DNA of 64,000 bases from Halocafeteria seosinensis (Eukaryota). A program made the position numbers and the translations under genes. The stretch covers positions 1-64,000 of the forward strand of contig LVLI01000177.1 of the NCBI GenBank assembly GCA_001687465.1. The letters run 5' to 3'. The notes under the pieces were generated by a model, which did no database searches, was not told the DNA's origin, and saw nothing but the letters and a program-made list of their open reading frames with translations. Below are positions 1 to 12,421 of this stretch, one piece after another (the first letter of the stretch is position 1; every line of letters starts with the position of its first letter).

Positions 1-207
1 TTTGTGATGTCAGTCGTGCCTTGTTGAAATTTGGGAGTGCGTATTCTATTGGATAAAGAAAGTACCATTATCACAACTTTCATGGATTGGTTCTACAGTA
101 TATACTGTTTCTTTCCATTGAGTATATGTTCCGATGACAATCTATGCATATTCGTGTGAGGCCTCTATTTCCACAGGTTGAAGTAGTGCAAGGCGCAGGG
201 TGAATTT

Positions 208-558
208 TTGAAGATTTCACTGAGTGAATTTTGTCCCACCCTAACAGGAGTATTAGGCATCGGCTTCATCGTCGCGCTTTTGACAAGTTGCTGCTCTGCG
301 GAGCAGAAACTGTCACTGTTGACAAAATGCAACTGGCTATTGGTGTGCTTCAGCTTTCTTTCCGCCGCCTTGCTGTGCTCTGTCGGAATATTCAGCTTGA
401 TTTGGTGGGGTATCGGTATTGCAACAGTTTCCAAATGCTACGATAGCTTGGGAGACACCCTCAAAGTCTTTTCATTGCTCGAATTAGTAGTTACCGGCGT
501 TGTCCTTGTAGTCTCTTGCGTTTTTCGAGCATGGAAAAAGAAAGAAGGAAGTGACTAG
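208..558 (+). CDS. Hypothetical multi-pass membrane protein (probably a 3' portion; true start unclear)
   Basis: The ORF has about 3 hydrophobic segments and a basic C-terminus (AWKKKEGSD). It starts at TTG, so an upstream exon is likely. No family recognised. Confidence 0.35.
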   Translation: MKISLSEFCPTLTGVLGIGFIVALLTSCCSAEQKLSLLTKCNWLLVCFSFLSAALLCSVGIFSLIWWGIGIATVSKCYDSLGDTLKVFSLLELVVTGVVLVVSCVFRAWKKKEGSD

Positions 559-683
559 TTCCAGAGGTTCCGCCCAAGTTGGCGCCCAACCAAGGTAGCC
601 ACAGCTTCAACTTGCATTACGAATATGTACCTCAAATTTAAGTAGCTGCGCCTTTTCCCGTTGAAACGTTTTCATCCCAAAAT

Positions 684-685
<2 letters not shown>

Positions 686-738
<53 letters not shown>
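686..738. repeat. (CA)n microsatellite
   Basis: Perfect AC dinucleotide run of about 53 bp seen directly. Confidence 0.98.
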
Positions 739-740
<2 letters not shown>

Positions 741-1328
741 GGGATTCATGACATGTAACGGATAGCCCACTGACAATTGGAAGTGGTCACGTTTGGAACA
801 ACATGTGTTGGTATTGAGTACTGTAATTAACTACCCTGTTCGTGAAATGTGTCCAAATACATCCCTCTTTTCTAATTTCCAAAGCAATAGAACAGTGTGA
901 AAGAATTTGGCCGACGTACGTGCGTCCATTATACGTAGCTCGATTAAACGGTTCAATTTGAACCAAGGTATACTGTACATACCCACGTACACACGTACCA
1001 CGGTATGTAAATGCCAGTGTAGGCGCCATGTGTTAGTCGACTGGACCAAATGAAGTCAGGTTGACCTTTCTCTTCCTCCTTATCAAACGAGTGCCAAACG
1101 GGAGCTGCATTGTCTCTGGATGAGTACTCACTCATACAGTACTTGTAAGAGCATGATTTGGTTTACACGGAGGAGTTGTAAGTTCCTCCGTGCGACGAGG
1201 TGCTGAGTCAGCCTGTGATGCTCGGTGCTGTGTGTTACATAAGAACAGAACAAAACGTATGGTTCGATGAAGATTGCACTCAGTTGGTATATTTTGGTAC
1301 AATAATACAGCAGTGAATAGACAGAAAC

Positions 1329-2292
1329 ATGCCCAAACGCAAACGCCCTCGTGAAGTTGAGGCAGCTCCTGCCGCTTCGGAGGCTGATAGCGAGACACAT
1401 ACAGCTTCCATAGCCAATACCGAGTCTCAGGAAGGCAGTTCGAATGAGCAAGAATCTTCCGCCTTCCATGGGGCTGTACAAAAAGTGCTGTCGAGGGAGC
1501 TACATGCACCTGTATGTCTTTCTTGAAGTGACGCGGCATGGATTTTCTGGTGTATATGGCGTCTATTGGGCCTCGTTGTCCTATTTTCTGCAGAATCCCG
1601 TGCTCGCCAAGCGCCATACAGCCAGCCTAAAGGCGTCTTCGGCGGATCAGAAGGAAAAGAGGGAGGCACAGAAGGACATACAAACGCGCAAACAACGGCG
1701 TCGACAGAACCTGGTGAAGCCATCGGTGCTACAACAGGGCCATGAGCGTAAATTGAGGCGTGTAGCCACCCGAGGTGGTAAGTGCTGGCCCTGGTATTCG
1801 CTGATACGACTGATTCACTCGTTACGTGTATTCGTGGATGGCAGTGGTGGCCTTATTCAATGCAATCCGGAAACATCAGAAGACGGCTTCCTTGACAGAG
1901 GAGGAAGAAGACAAACTCGCCTGTAAGTACTAAACAGCTTTCTTCGGGAAGAAGTGTGAGATAGTGCTAATGTTGGAAATGCTTACTCCATTGCAGTTCA
2001 CAAAAACAAAATGGAAGAGCAGAAATCTGGCTTCTTGGATCTACTCAAATCTACTGAACGGACACTAGAGGAGGGGAACAAACAATCGTCAGCAAAAAAG
2101 AGTAAGAAGAGTGCAAAAAAAGGAAAGCAAGATGAGGGAGAAAACAAGCAATGGAGTGTCTTCAAGGATGACTTTATGATGGGCGCTCGGGCCAAGGACT
2201 GGAATAAGCCAGAGTCCGACTCAGACGAAGAGGACGGTTGGAACTTCTCTTCCGGAGCACTGGACGGAGATAACGATGACGAAAACCTATAA
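1329..2292 (+). CDS. RRP15: RRP15-like ribosome biogenesis protein (4 exons)
   Basis: The spliced product has ERKLRRVATRG-VVALFNAIRKHQK and WSVFKDDFMMGARAKDW, typical RRP15 motifs. GT-AG introns at 1512-1593, 1778-1844 and 1923-1996 keep frame. Confidence 0.88.
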
Positions 2293-2404
2293 ATACACAC
2301 CAGAGTCAGTATAACCAGAAATATTTCGTATGCTCGTATTCATTATTAAAATGGATAACGGTACTCACCGATGGTTTGTTGTAGGTTGGCTGGTATCCTA
2401 GACT

Positions 2405-4828
2405 CTAGAGGGTAGGCACGGCTTCTGTTTCGGTAGTCTCTGTCAGCTGGTTCCCTTTAGTCATTCTACGCGTTTGGATTCCCCATCCTGCGGGTTTCCC
2501 TTGATGCCTTCGAGGAGCATTTTCTTCGTCAATCTCTTCGCCTTTATGCTTCCTAGCTTTTTCTTCAGTATGTAGGGGAGGGGTTTCCGGAATAGTCAAG
2601 GAGTTCTTTCGTTCTTCATTTTGGTGGGAAGTTTGTTGCTGATTGATCCGAGCTGGTCTCGCTTTGAACACCAACTTTTCCCTTCTCAATCGTCGGATTT
2701 CTTCTTCTTCTTCGCGACGCTTCTCTTCTTGTTCTTTCTGCTTCTGAAGCTCCAGTTCGCGCAGTCGCGCCTTATTCCGCTCCTCAAAGGCTCTTCTAGC
2801 CTCTGTGCGCTTGTCGGTGTGGAGACAAACTGAGGCTACCCTGGTCGGAGGCTTGTTACTCTTCACCGGCTTAAATGCTTTAGTCTGTTCCTTTACGGCC
2901 TTCGGTACTGGACGGGCTTTAAAGTGATGAGTCTTCGCTTCTGTAGTTGGTTGCTCGTTCTGAGCAGGTGGCTTGACCTCGGTCTCGTTCCTGTTCCCAC
3001 TGTGTCCAGGTCTTGGTCTGGGGTTCTTCGTTCGGGTAACAGGATGGTTCGCCGAATGGAACTGGGTAGTTTCAGGAATTGTGGGTGGCCGAGAAACTTT
3101 CTTATGTGTATGCTCAGCCGGTGCTTTGGATGCGGTTTCACCGGGGGGTGCCGGCGGTCGAGCAACTGCACGGTGCTTCGTCGAGAGCATGGGTGATTCC
3201 GGGGTGGTCAGGGGATGAGAACTGTCGCGACTACGAGTGCGCTGGTCAGTAGTGGTTGGATATTTTGGCATTGGCCTCGCCTTAAACGTTTTGTGCTGTG
3301 TTTCTTCAACGTTTTCGTCGGTACGACCGTGGTGGACATGCGAATGATGCTGGTGGTGAGTGCAGTTGGGGCTCTGCGGAACAGTCGGGGGTCGACGGGC
3401 TGCTCGCTCCGGTAGCTTAACACTGCTGAAAGCCTGCTTGTTCCAGGGACGTGCCTTGAACGGTTTTGCATGCTCTGAATCTGCCTCGGCCTTCTGATGG
3501 GTATGGCTATGCGATTGCTCACGCGTCTTCGCCCTTTCTTCATAGTGCAAATGCGGGCTAACAGGAATTGTCAGTTTTCGCTTTTCTGCCTTGGTCATAT
3601 TCTGCTTAGAGTTCCGAGCGTTAGAGTGATACCGAGAGGGTATTTCCGAGAAGAACTTGTGAACGCCAGATGCCATTGTTTCGAACCCCTCCTGCTTCGG
3701 AGCTGAGCTACTTGCAGTGGGAGCAGCGAAATGCTTTGAGGCATGAGGCTTGTGGTTCGCCGGTTGAGACTTGTTCAAGTCTTGACACTCTTGATGGGCA
3801 TCGGTGCTCTCTTGTCTCGGTTTATGACTTTTTGTGGTAGCATTCATTGTTTCTCTCTGAGAAGGCCCTTGAGAATTGATTCCACTGCATTCGACGGTCA
3901 TGGTTGTTACAACACACTGGTATGAAGGAACCATAAGGTCTTTCGAAAAAACTTACCTGTATTTTTGCCTCGCGCGTCCGGAAGTAGCCATTGTAGCCCG
4001 CATGTAAGAAGGACCTCTGCCGTGCAAATCTGATGCACTTTGGGATCCGATATCTTCTTTCTCTTTCTTACTTGATTTTTCGCTAGTTGCATTGTCTTGG
4101 ACTTGTAGGTCATTGCTGTGGAGCTCCTTGGCTGCAATTTTTTTCTTCCAATCATCCGTGTCTCCGAGTGCAGGGCCTCCAGGGGCAGTTCGGAAGCTAT
4201 CGTTTTCAGAAGAGTCAAGGTTTGCTTGGTTTTCTTCATCTTCATGGACGTCTGTCTTTCGTGACGTTGCAGACATAGTCATGGTCTCCATGTCGTCCGT
4301 AAACATCAACTCTTCTTCGTCATCCGATCCGACCTCAGCAGCCGCGGTCTCAGCTTGTTGCTCATCCTGATTCTCCGGCCGTGCATTGTCACCATTTGCA
4401 AATTCGCCTTCTTCTGTTTCGTCGTCCTCTTCATCGTGATCATCAAACATCAGCAAATCACGCTTATGCTGACTGGAAGCCAAGTAGGACGCGCTCAAGT
4501 TCTCCAGCTCCCGGTTGCTCAAACCTGCGGACAGCAGAACACAAATATCGAATCATCCATTCAGTACAAGACAAGATATACACTACTCATCTATCCGCCG
4601 ACAAACGGCTTTACTGAACGTTCACTCCTATACAACAGGAGGAAAATACGTACTTAAGACACCTCCTCCGGTGCGGTCATTCTGGAAGTCAGAGTAGATT
4701 TCCTCTTCATCACGGTCCAAATCCACAAAATTTGGTCCATTCCACTCCCACGACTCTTCCTGCTCTTCCTCCACCTCGTAATCCTCCGCAGCATCGTTAT
4801 TTTCTGCATTATCGCCCTTCGAAGACAT
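2405..4828 (-). CDS. TPX2: TPX2-family microtubule-associated protein (3 exons; start may extend to 4933)
   Basis: Repeated FKARP motifs, T-x-P-x-S/T-P motifs and the C-terminal TPX2 domain (LHTDKRTEARRAFEE...EEEEIRRLRREKLVFKARP). Introns 4525-4653 and 3885-3956 join three ORFs in frame. Confidence 0.8.
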
Positions 4829-5565
4829 TTCCGCGGCCGTTAAGTGGCACGCTTGGGTCTCCGGTTGCTCATTCTCTTTCATCTCGGACCCTCGAGATCT
4901 CAAATTTCGCGAATGACTGACGCTACTCATCATTTATGTTGTCAGTAATCCCAAACGTGAATGTTAATCCAATTGAATCAATATCCTTACAAGGGGTGAT
5001 TCTGGCGCGCGCGCGCGCTGCCGGGAGATCTTCGGTCCTCGCTTTCTCTCGCTCTACACACGCTAGAGCAATGCACAAACGGTCAAATTCTGTGTGATGA
5101 AACCGCGGATACAATACCGGAAGGTGCTTAATGTATCAAAACGGCGTTGCACTGACAACTGAGAAAAAGGTAGAGGGATACATGAAGTCAACGAAAAGAT
5201 TGACAGGTATGCCACTGTGTTGATCGGAAGTTTAGTTTGCTCAGCAGCAACGTTCGTCGTGGTCATCATCAATCGCCCTCAGAGCATGAAAGGAGCATTC
5301 AAGTTGAAACGACGGGGAAGAAGTTTTATCTGGATGGTGGACAAATTCGACTACCATTGCCGATGGATGTATATACAACTGCAACTGGAGACACAACTCG
5401 TCAAGAAGTCTTTGGTGGTCTAACGTCCCCCACACTAACGACCTGTGGGCCACAGGCTGTGGCTTGACGAAACCAAAGGAAAGCATGCACCACCACAAGG
5501 ACAAGGATCGACAATTTTTTGACTCCGTATATTGCTTCCTATTGTTGAGACAAACAAACGGAATC

Positions 5566-8296
5566 TTAGTCTTCCAAGACTTTTGCATCCTCCTCTTCGT
5601 ACTGATACGATTCCTGCTGACTTCTTCGACTCTTTTTCCTTTCTTCTTGTTCAGCCTCTTTCTTCTTGTCCTCCTCCTTCGCTTGTTCAATCCTATTCCA
5701 ATCAATTTCTTTGTCAGCATATTGTCGAAACGATGGCAACATCTCCTGGCGCTTCGTTTGTTCCAAATGTCGTCGTCTGTATGCTATAACGGTATCTATA
5801 TGTGTTTTATATTTCTGGGAAAGTTCAAGGGCTCTGCAGATACAAAGTAATTTTGAAAAGCCACGAGTTCAACCAAAGTATGCACAACAATGGAGGGGCT
5901 TGGAACCTACCTTTCCCAGCGGAACAACTTAATGTTCATCTTAATCGCCCGATACAAGAGCGGGGGTTGAGCTTGTAACAAAATCTTCTCCCCTTCATCG
6001 ACTTCCCCTTTTAAGACAGATAATTCGGCAAGTCGGCCCTCACTAGACGGGATACTTTTTATTTTGGATATGTACTGAGCTTTGGCAACTTCTCGGAGAG
6101 ATGCAAGAGAAAGCTCTGCAGTCGCGAGCTGCTTTGAATTAAGTGCCATCCCTGCTAGACTTCCCCACAGGGGATCTTGCTTGAGAAACCGGCAAAGCCG
6201 TATTGCTGCTTCCCATTTGCCGGCAGATACGTAATTGTGCAATAAGAGTGGGCCAGTGGCCATCAAAGAGTGTACCAACGCTCCATCAGCCCGTCGAACG
6301 ACCAATCTAGTGCTTTGAAACTCATGGATATGTGGCCTCTTACCAAACTCCGGGGAAGGAGAGTATACTTTCACTGGTTCTAATAAGTCCGTATCCACAA
6401 AAGCGGCATGTGGATAATACCATGACACGGTCTGTCCGTCCATGAGAGCAGTCAAGATATCTGCTCTCTGATTCCATGCGACACTATCAACCATGCTCCC
6501 GAGCTTCACGGCATTTGGCTTCACTGCGCGTGTGACATAGAGATCGTCGTTGCTATCAACGATGGCAAGCAATCGTTCAGGTAAAGAGCTTCCACTTTGG
6601 GAAAGATAAAGTTGGGATACTTCGGAGCCGTGGTTGTATCCGTTCCCGATAGCCCTACCTGTTCGCACATCGAAAAGCCGAACCGCTGCATGATCACAGT
6701 TTAAATGCAATGACGTATGAAACGTGCATTATATACACGGCAAAAAGCTTTTTGACATACTCTTCGAGTCGCTGGTATCTAGCACAGCCACGCAATCCGA
6801 TGCCAGGGAGAGAATACTCTGATCAAGTCGCTCCACTTGCAAACCAGGGAATTTTATGGCATTTAAGGGACGTCCATCGTATGTATAAATTTGTACCCCC
6901 GTGGTTGTGTCCACCGTTAGGAAATGCTTTGCCGATTGGAGAATAGTAGAAACAGAGCCTTTGCAATCAAATATATGCGGCGTGTTCCAGTTATTTGTCT
7001 TGTACACGTAAATCTGCGATAGGGTTGCAACCACGAAATAGCCGAACGCCAAACTCATGTTGCATATACGATCACGAAAATCGAGGATTTCCGTGGAGTC
7101 CATGGAAAGATCGCGAACCCGAATGGTCGCTGGCCCAGTGATAGTACACTCCACATGTTCCCAGCTAGCGACCTGTCCAATGAGATACGCTAATACGAGG
7201 GAGTCATCAGCTCCTGCAGCAGCAATCTGCGTGCCATCCGGAGACCATTTGATGGAGTTGACGCTACCTGTTCGAGGACATTCGCGATGGTATGACCACT
7301 GCATAAACAAGAGACCCGAAATTAAAGAGAACACTCTACAAACAATTCAAAAAAGTAACGACGTACCCCAGTCTTGTCACAAAGCCGTAGCAGATTGTAC
7401 GATCCCACAGCAAAGACGGTCCCCGAAGGACTCCAGGCTACCGATGTAATAACGTGTTCCAAGGGATTACTACAAAAGAGCTGCCTTCCGAACGAATCCC
7501 AAACTCTGTATTTCCTATCTTCTCCTCCACTAACGATCAAATTGGTCACTTTATTCCAGCTCAGTGTCAATACAGCCCCCGCATGAGCTTCCCAGTTCAT
7601 CCCTTTCCTATCCGTTGTGGTGGAGCAAATCCGCAGCTCGTGGCCGCACGTGTATAAAACTTGATCATCATTCGGACTCCAACACGCCGCGTACACTGGC
7701 TTGGGGGCAGAGGCCAATAGAGACCTTAACATGCCATTTCGACTCCACACTTTGACGCTTCCATCCTCTCCTCCCGTGACGATGGCTGAGCCATCCGACG
7801 TGCAATCGACGTCAATGACCGCCACGCCATTGTTTGTCACTTGGACAGCTTTCTCCTCTCGCCCTTGTCGATTGAGAAAACGCAAATATCCATCCGTGCA
7901 GGCCACCACCACCAAGTCCCCGCCAGCAGCAGCCCCTGTCGGGGGTGCTTTCTCCCCTTTGGCCCTCTTTTTGGAGGTCGATGACGACGAAGAAGACGCC
8001 CCCGTGGCAACATTTCCTGTAGGACTGGCATTAGGGTTCTTTAAGATGGTCATACTAGTGACAGAGTACTTGAAGCGCTTGCTTAACGCTTCCATAAAGT
8101 CCCCTTCACTGCTCCATTTGAACAATCTACCATCGTCTCCCACAGAAATCAGCTCCTGATTGCGCGTCCATGCACATGCCGTCACAGCATCTTCATCTGC
8201 GTATACATACAGATGGTAGGGGGTGGAGCTGTATTTGGGTGTAGGGCTGGCAGACTTACGGGACGCTCCTCGTAATTCGGAGACATCAAAGCGCAT
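5566..8296 (-). CDS. IFT80: Intraflagellar transport protein 80 (WD40, multi-exon)
   Basis: Motifs TGGEDGSVKVWSRNGMLRS, SGGEDRKYRVWDSFGRQLF, LRLCDKTG/WSY, WNTPHIFD and WYYPHAAFVD, plus a last exon ALELSQKYKTHIDTVIAYR...EIDW. All match IFT80. Confidence 0.95.
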
Positions 8297-8690
8297 TTCA
8301 CCCGATTTTATCTTGACCACGAGATACGCACATATACATAAGAGTGTCTATAGTATAGTATATTACCATAAAACGAATTCTACAACTTCTCTTCGTTGTA
8401 GAATTTGAAGGAAACAATCGATTGACTGCACCACCACCCACTTAACGGCCACGCAGGAGATAGGTAATGCATTGAATTCACATCTGAGTGAAGACGAACT
8501 GCGATGAACTTTGAGAGGATTGTTTACATGTTGACAACGGGAAAACAAAAAAGAGAATTCTACGCACCTCATGGCACGATTCCTCCTTTTACATTCGTTG
8601 GAGGAAGGAATTGCAAAGTGTCTCTGGAAGAAGTTACAATAGTACAAGTACCATAACGTAGGTTCAAACACTGGGACGGCGGCGGATGCG

Positions 8691-9290
8691 ATGGACAAGG
8701 AGAATCAACACGGTACGGAAGCGACGGCAAGTGTTACAAGCAGTAAATTGGTTTGGGGGACGATGCTGGCACCGCAACGCACTTTATGGAGCACACCCGG
8801 GGTAGTAATCGAGCATGCTCTGTCGGTAGAATTGCTGAACGTCACTTCAATGGATCGCTTGGCGGATTTCGGGTGTGGAGATGGACGTGTGCTTGCCTAC
8901 GCCGCCGAGAAATGGGGATGCCAATGTAAGGGATATGAAATTAACCCAACGCGAGCTGAACACGCACGCACACTACTGGCAGAACGAGGGATTTCTCAAG
9001 AGCAGGTGGAGATTTGTACAGCTGATATTCTTGAAGCAGATTTCGAATGGCCCACAGCAATATTCCTCTATCTGATACCAAGAGGACTGAAGCGTGTTCT
9101 CAAACGCATTCAAGAAACTGCAGGTGCTAGTGACAATGTAAGAAGTCGTCCATTGAGAGTTGTCACACTTCTTTATCCTTTCCCGAGAGACATAATGAAA
9201 CCAGACATGATACAATGGGTGACTACCCCTATAAGTGATCACACGGATGAAAAATTCAAATGGCCTTTATATCTGTATACGTTTGCTTAG
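8691..9290 (+). CDS. Class I SAM-dependent methyltransferase, FAM173 (ATPSCKMT/ANTKMT)-like
   Basis: Motif I LADFGCGDGRV, post-I GYEIN, and IFLYLIP after motif II. Single exon. Confidence 0.8.
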   Translation: MDKENQHGTEATASVTSSKLVWGTMLAPQRTLWSTPGVVIEHALSVELLNVTSMDRLADFGCGDGRVLAYAAEKWGCQCKGYEINPTRAEHARTLLAERGISQEQVEICTADILEADFEWPTAIFLYLIPRGLKRVLKRIQETAGASDNVRSRPLRVVTLLYPFPRDIMKPDMIQWVTTPISDHTDEKFKWPLYLYTFA

Positions 9291-10200
9291 TGATCGCAGC
9301 AGTTTGGCCGGTTAGAATTGCTGCAAGCAGCTTTAGCACAAGTAATTGCTTACGGTAGGGCAACATTGCATTACTGAAGGATGCGCTCTACTGATCACGA
9401 GGCCTTAAGATCGTGCTCTAAGGTAACGCACCTCTTCCAATGGGGTGCTTTCGTACTTGTACCTGGGCGAGAGTAACGTTAATTGAGCAGTGCTTACGCT
9501 ATGTTCTGAGAAAAGTCTGCTAGGTAGAAGCGAATCCCTGTTGATACGCAATCTAATGATATGAGGGAGCAACATCTTTGTTGAAAGGCGTACCTTCTGT
9601 ATTGTTAACAAGTTCGTCTAGTTGCGGGATGTTTCAAGCAGTCTTGTCGACGAATCACCAGAGCATCTGCCGTCCAGAAAAATGGGATATTCTCGAAGAT
9701 GACCGTTGATCGTTCCACTGGACTTACAAAGGTTAGGTCTACAGATATACCCCTGTTTAGTGATAAGAGTGTGTAATATCGCACTGTAATTGCGCTTCTT
9801 CGGACTTTGGGCCAACAGAAAGATTGACGCGGGATGTAGTGCCTGTCTCAGGCTCCTTGCACAATTGCGACAATGCAGTGTTACAAATGTGGTTTGATTT
9901 TGATAAGGTATCTTGCATCTGATTGAGAACCAGCCGTTTAAGCTTGGTTCTTAATACTTGTTCCCAGTGGTATTTTTTTCGATGGATGTGGTTTCTGTCC
10001 CTTGGTGACAGCTCAGCTTCCTGAAAGAGAGATCAAAGAATGGTGGTGTGGACGGTACGTTTAACTTAACGGTGAATATGAATGTAGAATATATGCTATT
10101 ATAGTTTCAAATCATATATAACGGTGGGGGCATTCACGCTTGCAAGGAGTGTAGAACCTGATAAGTTCCTGTGATGCTACAACTAACGGCTCTTTCTCAC

Positions 10201-10220
10201 TCTCTCTCTCTCTCTCTCTC
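10201..10220. repeat. (TC)n microsatellite
   Basis: (TC)10 seen directly. Confidence 0.9.
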
Positions 10221-10265
10221 AATCCTGGTTGAACGCAGAAAGCGCTTTCAAAGGCCTCCGGCAAC

Positions 10266-11830
10266 GTGGCGGCGGCCTTAAATCCTTTTCCTCACGCTTT
10301 GAGGGGTGATTCGAATAGAGCCGGCAAAATTGTGGCTGCTCGGGTTCTGTTGATATTGGTCGCAGTGAGTCTCGGCATTGCCGTGATCGCCGAAATTTCG
10401 CAAACGGACGGTTGTGCTTACCAATATCCGTATCCCCTCATAAAGAAGACTTCGACTACTGGGATTACGGCTGGAAGCTTTTTCTCTGATCTAGATCGCA
10501 CTTGGAAATGGTCTTCTATGACCAGAATGGTCTGTTGGAGGGGGCACGTTTTCAGCTCCTCCTCGTGCCCACTGCGCGGATATCATGTCGAAGCGAATCA
10601 AGAGACTGGAAATGAGTCCACAAGCAATGTACCAATGATTTTCTGGAACGCAAGGAATATAGATGATGGTTCTCTTGATGTCTTTGAGCATCACAATAAT
10701 AGCGGAGTGAGCGCTGAAGTTTGCGACCCACCATTGTATGGGGAAAGTTCTATGACAAAGATTGACCACGCCGTTGAGGACGGCTGCGGCCTTGAAGGAT
10801 GGCGTTTTGATACGGAGACAAAATTCTTGTGGGCTTACTGCATGTACAGTATTCTGTATGTCATAGTTCTCGCTTTCCTTGAGATCGGTGTCTTGGCAGG
10901 ATTGGATGAGGATGAAGAACCGGGTGTATTGTTGAGCGGAGTAAAACAGGATAAACCGGCGAGTGTGCCACATTTAGTCAAAGTAATGAGGTTTTTATGC
11001 TACACGTCTTGGTTAGCATTTCCGAATACTTTCGAAAGAATCCAAGTTGGAGATTGTCCCACGTTTTTTGAAAACTTCTATCAAGTCCAGTGGTATGTAC
11101 TCTACTGCATTGACTGCAGTTCAAATCGTATGATTTGTGCCTGCAAAAATTATGCCCATAAGGGTATGATTATTTTGAGAAATGGTATCACAGGCTATTT
11201 GACCTACCATATGTTACAATGATTATAGTAGGTATCATCGGAATTGTGATTGGCGGAGGCATTTGCCAGGAAGCATGCAAGGACGATAGAAAAGCACAAA
11301 GCTCGAACGAAGAAGGTCAACAAGAAGGATCCGAGCACAATAAAGAATTACCAAAATCCGAGTCAAATGAAGACAACTTGAAGAAGTGGCAAGCAGGATT
11401 ACTGCTGCTGATTCCTCTGATTCTTCTTGTGAGCATTGTGCTTACAGGGTATACTTACCTTGGTTTACTCGTTCGACGTTATGAAGCGACTGTCATCCCC
11501 TTTCTCTGGGTCCCTTTCTCTCATTGGTATTCAGACTGGAGTGTTCTATTTTGCAGTCGCTTGAGCGCCTTGGTAGTGGGGTTAGCCGACTTAATCCTGC
11601 TCGTAATAGGTGGTATAACATATGTTGCTGACTGCTGTACTGGCACTGCACACTGCTGCCCTCCTAAAGAAGGTGAAAGGTCTTCAACAGGCTCTGATAG
11701 CGAATCAAAACCAGAAGTGGAGATTGACGGAGAGGATGACGAGGAGGGGAAAAGCGATAATGGTCCATCGACACCAGATCTCTCAGAACGACGAGCTGCA
11801 ACGGTCACTGATGGTGATATGGTGGCATAG
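10266..11830 (+). CDS. Hypothetical polytopic membrane protein with a Cys-containing extracellular loop (start uncertain)
   Basis: Two ORFs are joined in frame by a GT-AG intron at 11093-11193. The product has about 6 hydrophobic segments and an acidic C-tail. No family recognised. Confidence 0.6.
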
Positions 11831-12421
11831 TCTGAATGACGCCTCTCTTCCTCTTTTGCGTTATAGTTTCGAGCGGTGGAGGATTTTATTCAGAAGAGCT
11901 GGACGCACAAGCTGTTAAAGCACCGTAACGTTTGGTCAAGAGTAACGGAACTCATCCAATACACTGCGTCGCACTCGACAATACTGCAGCAAACATTCCC
12001 ACTTCTCTTCTGTAGCAAGTCTCTTACGGAGTCAGGACTGTACCCATGGCTCCGAGGTCGGACAGTTAGATGGAGTCTCTATGTCACGGTACCGGCCACT
12101 GGGTGGCCCCAGTGGGCCACTGAGTGGATCGCTCTTAAATCCGAGTCAACTTCGATTTTTATTATTCATTTTACTCCATACCACTGATGTCAATCTTTAA
12201 CTTTCCCTGACCTCTTAAAGGTTCTCTTCTCCTCTGACTGCAACATGACTCCACTTCATTGTCATGGCCATTGCTTCACAGAGACTCATTATTACTGTAT
12301 TGTACGGAACACAGTTGTATACAGTATGTAGTGTATAATTTTCTACAACACTGTTTGGTGATGGTGGTAGTGGTCTCATGGCCACAGTAGAGCATACTAT
12401 GGGTTAGTAATGTGACGTAAG

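Noticed and set aside
5217..5423. VDKFDYHCRW resembling a DHHC palmitoyltransferase motif
   Set aside because: The upstream Cys-rich zinc ligands and flanking TM helices are missing and the ORF is short. Likely chance or an unrecognisable remnant.
9300..10260. Short ORFs in the 1-kb gap after the methyltransferase
   Set aside because: No recognisable motifs or consistent splice pattern, so treated as intergenic.
12096..12115. Small GC-rich hairpin CCACTGGG-TGGC-CCCAGTGG
   Set aside because: An isolated 8-bp stem is within chance expectation for 64 kb, and there is no supporting context.
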